The notes under the pieces are model-generated. The model saw only the letters and a list, made by a program, of their open reading frames with translations. It was not told the origin of the DNA and ran no database searches. A program made the position numbers and the translations under genes. From Minutocellus sp. GHC0000111 (taxonomy: Eukaryota), in the NCBI GenBank assembly GCA_977018835.1, contig OZ361258.1, positions 4,650,001 to 4,714,000 of the forward strand: 64,000 bases of DNA, written 5' to 3'. Of this stretch, positions 31,264 through 42,757 are shown in pieces. Position 1 is the first letter of the stretch; each line of letters starts with the position of its first letter.

Positions 31264-33520
31264 ATGATCTTGCCAGCGGCGGCAACCTCTTCAGACAACA
31301 ACGAGGACGACGCATGCTCGTGCTCGTCGCTCGAGACCGTCACCGTTGCCACCGCGAGCCGACAGCCGGCTCCGGCCGCAGCATCGACCGGATCGCCTCG
31401 ATCGAGTTCCACCAGCAACAATGACCGCATCAGCCAAAAGAACGCAATCATCACCAACAGCCGAAGAAGACCTCGACGAAGAATGGGCAGCGCAGGCGCC
31501 GGCTTGAGCGCAGGCAGCAGCGGTACCAGCCACCGACGGCGGAGCCGCAGCCGATGTCCCCCCTCGATCCACGAGGACTGCGACGAGTACATGTTCATCG
31601 CTCACCCCTCCAGCTTCGACGGCGACGACGATGACTGTGGCACCGTAGTGACCATCGCCACCTGGGACGGACGATCGGTCGCCACGGCCACCACCTCTCG
31701 CACCGAGGGCAGTTCCGGTTCTGCCAACACGCAGTACCACGCCATCTGCACCGGCCGGCCGTGCAAACGACAGCGACGACAGAAGAATGCCACAGCCGCC
31801 CTGTCCATGCTGTCTCTGCTATCTGCCGCGCTCATATTGGCCACCTCATCCTCCTCATCCTCCATGTCACTGCGGGGGACCAAGCCCTCCATGTTCCGTC
31901 TCCAAAGCATGGGCGGTCGGTTCACACGGAAGCTTCTCGATCTGAAACCGGAGCACATTGACGAATATCCCTTCAATGGACTTGCCGACGTCACCCAGCG
32001 CTTCGGCGCCGGGAGGAAGGGCATCACCGACACGGGCCTGTACTGGCAGATCCCCCGGAGAGGCGGTACCACCCTCAAAACCATCCTGGGAACCTGCCTG
32101 AACCGCGTCCAGGCCAGCCGGGTGGCGCGGGATCACTGCGATCTGACCGACGACAACCTGCATCTGTGCCAGACGACGTTCGGACGGTACGTCAACGCCG
32201 ACCCGTCCGACGATCCGGGCATTGAGCGGGCCCACAAGCTCGGCCTGGTGGGCAGCGGACTGGCCGACGTCCTGGTATCGAGCCGCATCCTGCACGTGTC
32301 GGAATTGTTCGACGAGGAGCACCATCACGGCCGGGCCTTTACCGCCATGCGCCATCCGGTCGAACGGACCGCCTCTACCTTCCACTACCTGCAGAACGCC
32401 GAGTGGGAACGTCAGTACTCCCCCGAGCTCAAGACGATGAGCCTGGCCGACTACGCCCAACTCGAAAGCACGGCCAACGACTGGATGGTCCGTTGGCTGA
32501 CTGGCAAGCATGCCGAGGTCCTCACCCGATCCGATCTGGAATTTGCCAAGGAACTTCTCCGACGGAAATTCCTCATCCTACTAACCGACGAGATGAAGAC
32601 CAGCGTTACCCGCCTGGCGTCCTACATGGGCTGGTCCATTGACGACGACATGATGGGATGCATCGACCAGCACTCCACCCGCACCGGCGGCGCCAACAAG
32701 TCGACCCAGCAGGGTGGGGCGGGCCGTCCCCCGCTGGAACCGGGCACGGACGACTACGAGGCGCTGCTCAACATCAACTGCTTCGACGTCGAGCTGTACG
32801 AGTATGCCCAGGAACTGTTCGTGGAACAATGGTCGACCGTCCAGGATCGTGCCAAGGAGCACGGCAAGAATCTTCCCCATCCTCCACCACCACCATCACC
32901 ATCATCTCTTGCATCGTCACCGGCCGACGACATCACCGCCGAGTCTGCCACCTCTGCCAAGAAGGGGTTGTTTGGCCTCTTCCACCGAAACGGCAAGAAG
33001 GAACGTCCTCAAGATCAACAAGATGAGACTATCGACAACGAGTCGTCTGCCGAGACCACCGAGACAACCAATAGCGCCACCCCCGTCGGTCAGCATGGAA
33101 TCATCGCCACCGACGAGGTGCTTCTCGACGCAGACCAATGCTACTGTCGCCGAGGCTGCCAGATTTCTCGGAAAGGTAGCCCAAACGCCACCAACACCGC
33201 AGGCGGCTGGTTCCAGCAGGTTCGATAGTCAAGAACAACCATCGGTCTATGCAAAGGCTCAGCATGGCCTCGTCGAAATGCAAACTCAAGAAGATGCCGC
33301 CGATACCACCATCATCAACAAGGGTCATCGTGTCGTTCAAACGCTTGGTCTCGATTCGAGACGAACTCAAAAAGATACCGCCGACAGTACCATCGTCAAC
33401 AGGGGTCACAGCATAGTCCAAACGCAAGAGATGGACATCGCCAACGAAATGAAGCGGAAGGCACAGGTGGTCCTTCAGGAACACAAGCGCCGTCTTGGCG
33501 CTGGAGGGGATCCCCAGTGA
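31264..33520 (+). CDS. Membrane-anchored sulfotransferase-like protein (probable frameshift near 33080-33135)
   Basis: TM segment LSMLSLLSAALILA; PAPS-binding-like YWQIPRRGGTTLK and FTAMRHPVERTAS; N..D.ELYEYA..LF. The reading frame stops at 33228, but a second frame stays coding-like to 33520. Confidence 0.75.
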
Positions 33521-33630
33521 GATAACACCCTTTGTCAACTCTTAGAATAACATAGGAAATTTTAGTAAGCTAATAGATTACATATTAAAAGGAATTCCTA
33601 TATAATGATAATTATTGCACATTTCTAATT

Positions 33631-35427
33631 TCAATCTAGTCGCTTCCATCGAGCGTTGATGAACTGCAGACCACAACCCATGACAGCCTCACCGGTGGTT
33701 GGGTATGAGTGAATATTGCGGCCGATTCCGTCCAGACCGATGTCGTGCTTCATCGCAAGCGATACCTCATTGATGATTTCGCCAGCTCTCCCAGCGACGA
33801 TGGTGGCACCCAGTATTTTCCCACCACCCTTCTCGGTCACAATCTTGACAAAGCCTCGTCGGTCACCCTCCGTGATGGCTCTATCGTTGTGCTCCAACCC
33901 CGCCCGATAGACATCAATGTCCACGCCAGCCTTCTCGGCCATGTCTTCAGAAGCAATCCCAACGGTTGCGACTTCAGGGTGGGTGTACATGACGGCGGGT
34001 ACTACGAGGCTGCTAATCTTCCAGGCGTCGTCAAATAGAGCATTGTTGACAACTACCTTGGCCATCTCTCCGCTCACATGAGTTAGGCGCGGAACATCGG
34101 CGGCACAATCTCCAACTGCGTACACGTTAGGATTGGAACTTTGAGCCAGATCGTTGATAATAACACCTCTTCTGGGATCATAGTCAACGCCCGCCTCTTC
34201 CAGACCGATATTCTCAACATTCGGCAAACGACCAGTGGCAACCAGTAAACATTCGCATTCCAACTCTTGCTCGGTACCATCGGCGGACTTGACAGTGAGT
34301 TTCATAAGGGGCAGAGATTTGGGATCACTCTCATCAGCATCTCTCAACGTCTCCACATTTTGCGTGGTAGTTTCGGATAAGAACGTAACACCGTCTTCCT
34401 CCAATGCGTCCTTGACAATCTGGGATGCCTCGGGGTCGCCGCCTTTGGATTGAAATAGATACGATGCCCTTTGGACTACGGTCACATGACTTCCGAAGCT
34501 GGCAAAGGTCTGTGCCATCTCGAGTGCGACGACCCCGCTTCCGAGGATGACCATCCTTGACGGGAGTGTTTCCAAGTTGAAGAGCTCTGCATTCGTGGTG
34601 AAGGGTGTGTCCTTGAGGCCCTCAACAATCGGTAGTGCCGCCCTTCCACCGGTGGCGATCACGGCCTTTTTGAATTTGAGCACGCTCCCATCTGATACTT
34701 GGATGGTGTCTTGGCCAGTGAATTTGCCCAGACCCTGGAAAACATGTGCACCCGTTGCGGAGGTGCCTTCGTGTCCGTCAGCGGGGGCAATCGTCGCCCT
34801 GATCTGGCGCATCCGTTCCATTACCTTTCCAAAGTCGACAGATACGCTCTGATCGCCGCCAACCGGGCCCACCGTGACGCCAAACTCGGCAAGACGACGT
34901 GCCTCGGCGGCTGCCCTGCCGCATCGGATGAGCGCCTTGCTTGGGACACATCCGACATTCAAACAGTCTCCGCCGGCCAAGTGGTCGGATATCATGGCAC
35001 TCTTGGCGCCCCGCCGGGCACTTTGCTTGGAGCTGACGAGACCTCCTGCACCGGCGCCGATGGCTACTAAATCGTAGACGTCATGAGGGTTGGGGTTGGT
35101 GTAGTTTCGTGGGGCAACCTCGTTGAGCAGCACCGTGTTGGATTCGTCCAAAGGCCAAATTGTCAGAGATTTGCGTGCTTCGAGAGCCTGGGCCGAATTG
35201 CGATTATCGGTCTCTGACCACGGTTCCTTGGTGTTCTCGGACGACATGCGATGAAGTTGGCGGTTGCGGGAGGAGGTGGATAAGTTGTGTTCTTGGGGAG
35301 GAGTAAAGGCCAGGGACGGCAACAAGGAGGTTCTGCCAGGTAGGTACGAGGGCGATAGTGCTAATATGAGTGATAGCAGAGGTTTATGACGACTTGTAGT
35401 GGATGATACGCCTCTGTGCAACCTCAT
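33631..35427 (-). CDS. Pyridine nucleotide-disulfide oxidoreductase, mercuric-reductase-like family, probably plastid-targeted
   Basis: GAGAGG FAD motif, GGDCLNVGCVPSK redox disulfide, ATGG, GSGVVALE, ATGRLPN, VYAVGD, IHSYPTTGE; N-terminal extension with SLA-FTP. Confidence 0.9.
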   Translation of the reverse strand: MRLHRGVSSTTSRHKPLLSLILALSPSYLPGRTSLLPSLAFTPPQEHNLSTSSRNRQLHRMSSENTKEPWSETDNRNSAQALEARKSLTIWPLDESNTVLLNEVAPRNYTNPNPHDVYDLVAIGAGAGGLVSSKQSARRGAKSAMISDHLAGGDCLNVGCVPSKALIRCGRAAAEARRLAEFGVTVGPVGGDQSVSVDFGKVMERMRQIRATIAPADGHEGTSATGAHVFQGLGKFTGQDTIQVSDGSVLKFKKAVIATGGRAALPIVEGLKDTPFTTNAELFNLETLPSRMVILGSGVVALEMAQTFASFGSHVTVVQRASYLFQSKGGDPEASQIVKDALEEDGVTFLSETTTQNVETLRDADESDPKSLPLMKLTVKSADGTEQELECECLLVATGRLPNVENIGLEEAGVDYDPRRGVIINDLAQSSNPNVYAVGDCAADVPRLTHVSGEMAKVVVNNALFDDAWKISSLVVPAVMYTHPEVATVGIASEDMAEKAGVDIDVYRAGLEHNDRAITEGDRRGFVKIVTEKGGGKILGATIVAGRAGEIINEVSLAMKHDIGLDGIGRNIHSYPTTGEAVMGCGLQFINARWKRLD

Positions 35428-35884
35428 GTTGGTTCAAACTTTGCTCGAGCAAGATGTGTTGGTTTGGCTCGTCTGGAAATACTGGAAATACGTACGTATG
35501 TACGTACGTATTGGGATAGTACGTACGGCACTGAGCGGAGCTCATCAGATCAGAGCAAGGCGACCAAAACGACAAAAGGATATGAGGGAAGTTTGTTAAC
35601 CGCACTTTATCAGGGGTTTATTATCTACAATCATGCACACAATGTGTTTTTATGTTTGGTCGGGTGGGGAAAGAATGGCCTCGTCCGCCACAGTGGCGCG
35701 CACAGACTGAGCGCCACTCGCTTCCACCCAACCAATTTTTTATGAAATATTGCACACCGCCTCCTGCCAACATCCGTTGGGAAAATCTCACGACACACCA
35801 ACAACCGCTGAATCCATCGCCGAGATTCAACACTTTTGGGAAAATATTGACCGGGCGCGACGTTAAAAACTGGTGAAGGGAAAC

Positions 35885-36688
35885 CTAAAAACTTAAACTT
35901 TTTTCGTACCGGAAGTTCTTGTGTTTACCGTCCACCCGGCCTCCACCGCCCTGGCCTCCCTGGTAGGCAAATCGCTGGCGCTTCTCGGCGGGCTTGAGGA
36001 TCTGGAAGGAGCACATGAGGGTCTCGTCGACGGACATCATGGCTCCGGCGTTGTCGAACTCTCCGCAGTAGTTCGGGGCGGAGAAGAGGGTGACGAGCTG
36101 CCGGCGGGCGAAGAACTCGTATCCGTCCTCGACGACCTGGTGGGCACGGCAGATGAGGTCGTGCTTGTGCAGGAACTGGGCGACGATGTCCTCTCCGAAG
36201 GTGAAGGAGACGCCGCGGTCGTTCTCGCCCCAGCCGTCAATGTCCTTGTCGGGGTCGGACCAGAGCAGATCGCAAAGAAGGCCGGTGTCGGGAACGTCGG
36301 TGGGTCGGACGATGCGCTTGACCTGATCGAGGCTGGTCAGCTCGGGCGACAGACCGCCGTGGGTGCAGAAGATCTTCTCGTCGATGACGGCCGCACAGGG
36401 GAGGCAGTTGAAGCAGTCGGTGAAGGTCTTCCAAAGCTTGATGCCGAAACGACGCTTGCACTCGTCGTAGAAGCCGTAGATGCGGTTGATGGAGGCGCAC
36501 TCGTGGTTGCCGCGAAGGACGAAGAAGTTCTCGGGATACTTGATCTTGTACGCCAGGAGGAGGCATATTGTTTCCAACGACTGCTTTCCACGGTCGACGT
36601 AGTCGCCGAGGAAGATGTAGTTGGCCTCCGGCGGGAATCCGCCGTATTCGAACAGACGGAGGAGGTCGTAGTACTGTCCGTGAATGTT
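35885..36688 (-). pseudogene. PP1: 5'-truncated protein phosphatase 1 catalytic subunit copy
   Basis: [79 protein letters not shown]. Lacks the N-terminus and start codon; HDLICRAH lacks 2 aa of canonical HDLDLICRAH. Confidence 0.85.
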
Positions 36689-38494
36689 AGGGACGAGGAC
36701 GGCACCTCCGGCGCTACCGAAATGGGGCAGACCACAGCAACGGCAGCCGTATCTGCGGTCGCTGTGGAAGCCAATCTACATGTAACACAAAATATGCCGG
36801 TTCCGGTACCAGAAGAAGCTGACGGCGCATTCGCCGAGGCAAGACGCAAGCTCCGGCCAGTTGCTGGTAGCATCGCAGGCCTACCTTCTGTATCAGCAGC
36901 GGCGGCGGCAGCAGCGGCGGCGGCAGCTGCATCTGTTGCCACCCCGGATCAAACGCCCAAGCGCACGTCGCCTCAGTTGGACAAAATCAGGGGATGGAAT
37001 GAGGGCTCGTCGTCTTGCCCCCCTCTGCACGATAATGCAACAAGTCACGATAACGCTGATATTGTTGCAGGTGGTCTTGTCGATGATAACATCGAGATCA
37101 AGACCACGATGGTACAGCCGAATCCAACCCAACCGCCTCCTTCGATGCTCCATGAAGTGGATTTCAACCATGGCGCTGGCGATAACGACAGTACTATTTC
37201 ACCAGCTTCGGGAGGAGAACGAGAGGGGGGTAGGACGGCACCTACACATACTACGTCCCGTAGGGACTCCGCGTCATCTAGCTCAACTCGACCCCAAACA
37301 CCCGTTCGAGTTGGCAAAACATCTCCCACGAGGGATGTAAGCTCCAGCGCGTCGAGGCGCCTTCGAGCCAGTCCTCGGTACCAGCGCTACCTCGCCAAGA
37401 ACAGATCCGATGCAGCAGCAACCAAGCACGATGCCGCGGTGTCTGCGACTACAAAGCCAACTAATTATACGTCAAGTTCTTCGAGTGAAGAGGGAGAAGA
37501 ATCTTCACAAGCCAACACCTCTCAAGCCATTGCAAAGGCAGATGATCGAACTCTCATGAGTCCACCCAGGGAGTCCTCGAGACCGTTTTCACGTCTTGAA
37601 GAATTGGGATTCGATGCGGATCATCCACCAAATTCGCACACGGCACTGGGAAATACTGGCACGTGGGAAAATGATCTACCGCTTTCTCGCCAAGCTTCTC
37701 CCGCCATTCCTGAGGATCAGGTTCAAGACTACATGTATGCATCGCCTGCTGGAGACGACATCGACGTCTTCGGAGGGAATGCGCACTCGGAACAGGGCAA
37801 TGCCAATATGCCGTTTCCTCGCCAAGCTTCTCCCGTCACCGCTGAGAATCCGGTTCAAGACTATTTATCGCCTGCTGAAGACGACACTGGCTTCTTTGGA
37901 GGCAATGAGTTGGATGATATTATTGCCCGTGCTTGTGGCAACCCTTCCCTACATGTAATCGACACTGTACGTCCTTCGCCCCCGGTGGGTAGTGCCACTA
38001 CCAGTACGACGGAAGAAGCCCACAACTACCCTCATCATCAAGATGCTGACGGCGGTGGTCACTCGTCGGACATGGCGTCGATTTCTGACGCAACGGTCAA
38101 GCAAGGAAACACCATAGATGATCAAGCTGGGGTGGGAGATAGCACGCAAACAACTCCCAGGAGACGCACTAGCAAAGGCAGCGCATTCACCCCCTCGCCT
38201 CGGCGTTCGCCGGCCCCGAGAGTGCCAAGAAGAGGTGAGGTATCTCCAACCGCTCGTCTCGCTAGATTGGAGGTTGAAAATGGGAAGCTTCGAAATCAAG
38301 TTTCTCGATTGATCACAGAGATTGGAATCAAGGATGACATCATTACTGACTTGAAGCAGCGCTTGGACGATCTAAAGCCAAACGAAGGGCATCGGGTTGA
38401 GGCCAAAAGTTTGAAGCGCGCGCTCCAGAAGGAGAGGGATTTTGTTCCACTCAATGTTCTTCACGAACCCCTTGATCCAAAATTTCTTTGCTAG
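36689..38494 (+). CDS. Orphan low-complexity protein with internal repeat and C-terminal coiled coil (possibly a fragment)
   Basis: Open frame to 38494, first ATG ~36722; two copies of P..RQASP...E..VQDY..SPA.DD...FGGN about 132 nt apart; coiled coil [16 protein letters not shown]...LKQRLDDLK. Confidence 0.55.
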   Translation, partial: RDEDGTSGATEMGQTTATAAVSAVAVEANLHVTQNMPVPVPEEADGAFAEARRKLRPVAGSIAGLPSVSAAAAAAAAAAAASVATPDQTPKRTSPQLDKIRGWNEGSSSCPPLHDNATSHDNADIVAGGLVDDNIEIKTTMVQPNPTQPPPSMLHEVDFNHGAGDNDSTISPASGGEREGGRTAPTHTTSRRDSASSSSTRPQTPVRVGKTSPTRDVSSSASRRLRASPRYQRYLAKNRSDAAATKHDAAVSATTKPTNYTSSSSSEEGEESSQANTSQAIAKADDRTLMSPPRESSRPFSRLEELGFDADHPPNSHTALGNTGTWENDLPLSRQASPAIPEDQVQDYMYASPAGDDIDVFGGNAHSEQGNANMPFPRQASPVTAENPVQDYLSPAEDDTGFFGGNELDDIIARACGNPSLHVIDTVRPSPPVGSATTSTTEEAHNYPHHQDADGGGHSSDMASISDATVKQGNTIDDQAGVGDSTQTTPRRRTSKGSAFTPSPRRSPAPRVPRRGEVSPTARLARLEVENGKLRNQVSRLITEIGIKDDIITDLKQRLDDLKPNEGHRVEAKSLKRALQKERDFVPLNVLHEPLDPKFLC

Positions 38495-39179
38495 CTAGTG
38501 AGGAGGGAAGGTTGGAGCTAATACATGTAGGATGTTTCGATACGGTACATGCATCGGTACATTGTAGTCTAGAGTTACTAGAGTAGCTAGCTGCTCTTTC
38601 TATTTTCCCAACAATACATTGTACCAAATCCCCCTTCCAATTTACAGGACTGTACATGTATTTTAACATCAATATCGAGCCATGTCGTAGACTGTTACCT
38701 TTTGGGCCAACAGGACCTTGCTCTCCTTGTTCGCCCTGAGGGTCGGTTGGACCTACATCACCGTAGGGCTGTGTTGTATGTTGCATGCATGTATGTATCG
38801 GCCCCCCTTAGAGAGCATGTATATCGGTAAACCGAGACGTTGAGAAACGGGAACAGAAAACGGGAGCAGTTGACTTGTGGAGGAGGGAAGGTGGTACGGC
38901 AGTACTGCCCTGACGATAACGACGGCGAGGCCTCGACGCAAGCTTTATTGCTGCAACTCCTACTAGACTACGTAGTATTAACGAGGTGTAACAATCGAGT
39001 AGGTCGGTTGCCCTGGCTATTGGCGGTCGTTGCTTCGGGTGAATATTTTCGCCCAATAAACAGAAAAGTTTTCGCCTTCGTCTGGCGGCGCTGATTTATG
39101 CCTTATTCTCTGACTCTGATTTGGCCGAACCGAAGAGAACTGCCTCTTGTATCAATTGGTAAGATAACTTAACCAGACA

Positions 39180-40697
39180 ATGAGTCGCCACAGCCGGCAA
39201 AGTCGTCATGATGGCATACCTGCATCGCCTGGGGGCGAGTCAGCCGGATCTCCGGCGCATGTGTCGCACTCGGCAACTCTACACAGCGCCGAATCCTTTC
39301 GCACGGCTGCTACGAACAACACGAACAGCACTGTGCGTTCGGGTAGCTCCATCTTGCGGAGCCTCCTACCTTCCATGCGAAACATAAGTATGGAAAGTGC
39401 CGATAACATGGAGAGTGATAGCCTACAATCTGTCGATGTGGCAGCTCTCCAAAGGCAGATTGTGGATCTGAACTCCGACCTGGATTTGATGAGAGTCAAC
39501 CGACACCAAGAGCAGCGCGTGTACAAACTCGAACTGCACAAATTGGAATGCGAAAAGTCGGCCCTGGAGAAACGCATCCAGGTCCTGCTCCGAGATATGG
39601 ACGACAAGAATGCCATGGGAGAGTATGCCATGCTGATTAAGAAGGCGGCACCGAATACGGTCGACTCGACGTACGTCCTGAAACTCCAGAGCCAACTGGC
39701 AAAGGCCATGCATTAGATGGGAACGATCCAGAACCAGCTCACGCTGACGCAGCAAGCGTGCGATGGTATCGTCAAAGAGCTTCGAGATGAGATGCGTAAG
39801 ATAACAGAGCGCAACTCCAAGACCGAGATTGACTACCTCAACCAAATTATGAAGTTACAGGATGACAATCTCAACATGAAGAGGAGGCTGGAATCGGCCA
39901 CAGCAGTGACAGATACGGAGGCCATCACCGAAGAGGAAGAAGCTGAAGCGGTGGAAGAGGAGGTTGGTAAATTTGACGGTGTCCCACCACCAGTACAGGG
40001 AGTTGTGGTGAAGAACAGCTCCAAAAACAAGGTTGTGGATGGTAGTGGGCGACGTCGGACCAAGGAGGGTGTTGATGGTAACAGCCGGTCGGATCGCGCA
40101 TCGAGCAGAAAAAGTAGTGAAGGCGCCGGTGGTGCACATAGGAAAGCACCCCAGAGTTCTCGTGGTACAGAACGGCGAGCACGGTATCGGACCGCGAATG
40201 CGGGCGCTGGTTTGAGCAGCGATGGTGAATCTGGTGCCTCGCCTAGACCATCCACTCAGAGGAAGGTGGCCGTTCCACCCTCAGCAGCGACGCGAGTAGC
40301 AAAATCGGATGACCGGCCTTCTAGTGGCGACGATCGCCCCAAGACTAGATCCAGCGGTGCCCGACGCAAAACTAGCGACTCGCTGGGAAAGGCCAAGTTA
40401 GAAACCATGGTCAAAGATATGGTGCGGCCGACTTCCTTGGGTTCCTTTGGTGACAATATTGTCGTCAGCCCATCTCGATCTAACAAGGAGACTATCAAAG
40501 CTGACACTGGCGGGTTGCCAATGGTGCCAGATATGTCGGATAAGGTGGAAAAGAAGCGGGGCGCAATAGGAGCCCGGCGAAGCAGTGCTGATGAACGTCC
40601 TGCTAGAAGACAACTGAGCAATGAGGAGGTGGAAGAGAAAGAGTGGGTCGACTTTGGTGGCTCCCGCAGCGGAAAGACAGATGAGATCGCAGGATGA
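39180..40697 (+). CDS. Coiled-coil protein interrupted by a single in-frame TAG (39714-39716)
   Basis: ORFs 39180-39716 and 39717-40697 are in the same frame: YVLKLQSQLAKAMH*MGTIQNQL. Confidence 0.65.
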
Positions 40698-40866
40698 TGT
40701 ACTAGTATGTGGCCCTTGCGAGACGCATCTACCATTGTAGTTATACTTTATTACAAATTCACTGTTCATAATACACAACATTTAAGTTTTTATTCCAATT
40801 AACCGTAACAAAGTGCCTTTCTTGTGCAAGCAACTGTGACCCTTACATAGCGGTTTCGGCCTCGTG

Positions 40867-42465
40867 TCATCGGACCTTGTCCTCTTCCAATACTTCAGTT
40901 AGCATGTTCGATAATCGCTTGACACCGTACAAATATCCTGGGTCGCCGCCAGCTTGTCTAACAACATGACCAAAGTCGATCATCTTCACATTACAAAGAT
41001 CCTTGTTGCTCGCGTTTGGGTCTCCTTCGTAGACGATGAATATCGAGCTGGAATAGAAGGCCAGACACTTGTTATCTTCGAACCACCGCTGAAATGATCG
41101 AAGCTGCTGGAGAACGTTGGAAAGGGCGCGTGCCTGCAGCATAGTTTCCTTCGGCTGCGCTTCTTCCACAGATGCCAGTGACGAAAGGGATTGAGAGCTT
41201 ATGGCACGACGCGGCCTTGACGCTAGCATCTCATTGTAAGCAGTCGCATGACAGTGCGAAGTGAAAAATGTGCGCAGAGCATCCTTGACCAATTCCCTGC
41301 TTCCCAAAGAGCGGCCAAAATGTTTGTCAAGCTGACGAAAACCATCGGAATTGCTTTCGGGGTGTTCCGAGTCGAAGATTCTAACACCTACAATGCGAAA
41401 TCCCTGCTCGTATTGGGTGGGGTACTTGGCCGTTTCCCTTCGCTTCTTCTCCTCGGATGCGTTTGGTTCATACGACTGTCGGCCAATCTTGATATCAATG
41501 GCGCAGGGCTTGGAAAAGTTGGCAGTGAGATCCGACAACAGCAGGTACGAGTCAGTGGTAATGTCCGACGTGGCCCTCGGGGTGGACGGCACCTCGTTGG
41601 GATTGCATGAAACATTCTGCGCCACCACGCCATAATATTGAGCTGTCAACTTGGCCATGCTCTTGAGGAGATCGATTTCCTTTTGCAATGCCTTCCAAGA
41701 TGCCACAACAGTGTGCTCGGATTCTGCCACAATCGCATCATGCAAGAACATTGCCAGCGTCATGGCCCATGCGTCGCATTTTTCAATTGCCGCGTACGAT
41801 ACATTATTCCCATCGTCGCCATTCTTCTTGCTGCTGTATACTGGGGCTGTTGTCGCAGCGATGCCTCGCCGACCATGCTGCGATGCCATCTTCACGGCCT
41901 CGTAAAAGGCGACTTCGCGAAATCCCCGGTGATCAGTGTGCAGCGGTTTCAGAACATAATCCGGCGGTAATGCCAGAACCCGTCGCTTGTTGAAGGATAT
42001 TCCGCCAACCTGGCCGATCATGGGCTGCGCGCTATCGATGCTCTGGTAAGAGAGCCATTTTGAGGCTCGATTGGTGGCAGTTTCTATCAGACCCGTCGTG
42101 GTGGCCTTGTCAGTGCAGTCAATCTGTGTGTCATTGGCGAAGGGGGCGTATAAGCAAAGCATCGTGAGAAGAGACTTGCTCGTCGCATAAGGTGCGAATC
42201 GAATTCGAAGAACATTCACGTCATTGTTGCTCGCTGAAACATGTAGTCCGTTGAGATATGTTCAACTATGCAAAAAGATACGCCGCATCAAGCTCTGACT
42301 AGCTGAACTCACCATGGCCCCATCCTGCACCATCCTGGCGGCACGCTCGGCCACTATTCTGGCCTTCCTCCGTGCCCTCCACTGCAGGACTCTCCATACC
42401 GCCAGGGCCGCCGCCGACGTCGACGCAACGGCGACGAAGACGGAACGCGCACGGGGGGTCGACAT
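40867..42465 (-). CDS. Inositol polyphosphate kinase (IPK/IPMK family), two exons
   Basis: QVGG, REVAFYE, PCAIDIKIG (PxxxDxKxG), SSIFIVYEG, VKMIDFGH, DPGYLYG; phase-0 intron 42124-42312 (GTGAGT...ACACAG) joins exon 1 from ATG 42465. Confidence 0.85.
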
Positions 42466-42757
42466 GTCTTGCGCTGGAACTAATAATTTTGGGCTTCAAA
42501 TGACCCAACGAGATACAACGGATGCCATCCCGCGGGGGGGGGACCCTCGGCAGAGGTGCTAGAAGAGCCGATGGGCAATGTCCTGACAGAGGCTGGCGAT
42601 CAGTGGTGGTCGATGGTGGCAGAGAACATGCATGGCGAGCGAGCCGCAGGATGCAGCCCCATTTTCTGGTGCGTCTTTTCGACGTCACTAGACTCACTCT
42701 TCGCGATCGCCGTCGGTGAAGTCGAGCGAAAGCTTCTCGTTCTCCATTTACCTAGGT

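Noticed and set aside
33631..35427. Calling the flavoprotein a true mercuric reductase (merA)
   Set aside because: It lacks the C-terminal Cys-Cys pair and an N-terminal metal-binding domain.
35600..38810. Helitron or TIR boundaries around the PP1 mosaic
   Set aside because: No hairpin plus CTRR end was found; only an ~11-bp inverted match (GTTGGGAAAAT at ~35775 versus ~38602), too short to call.
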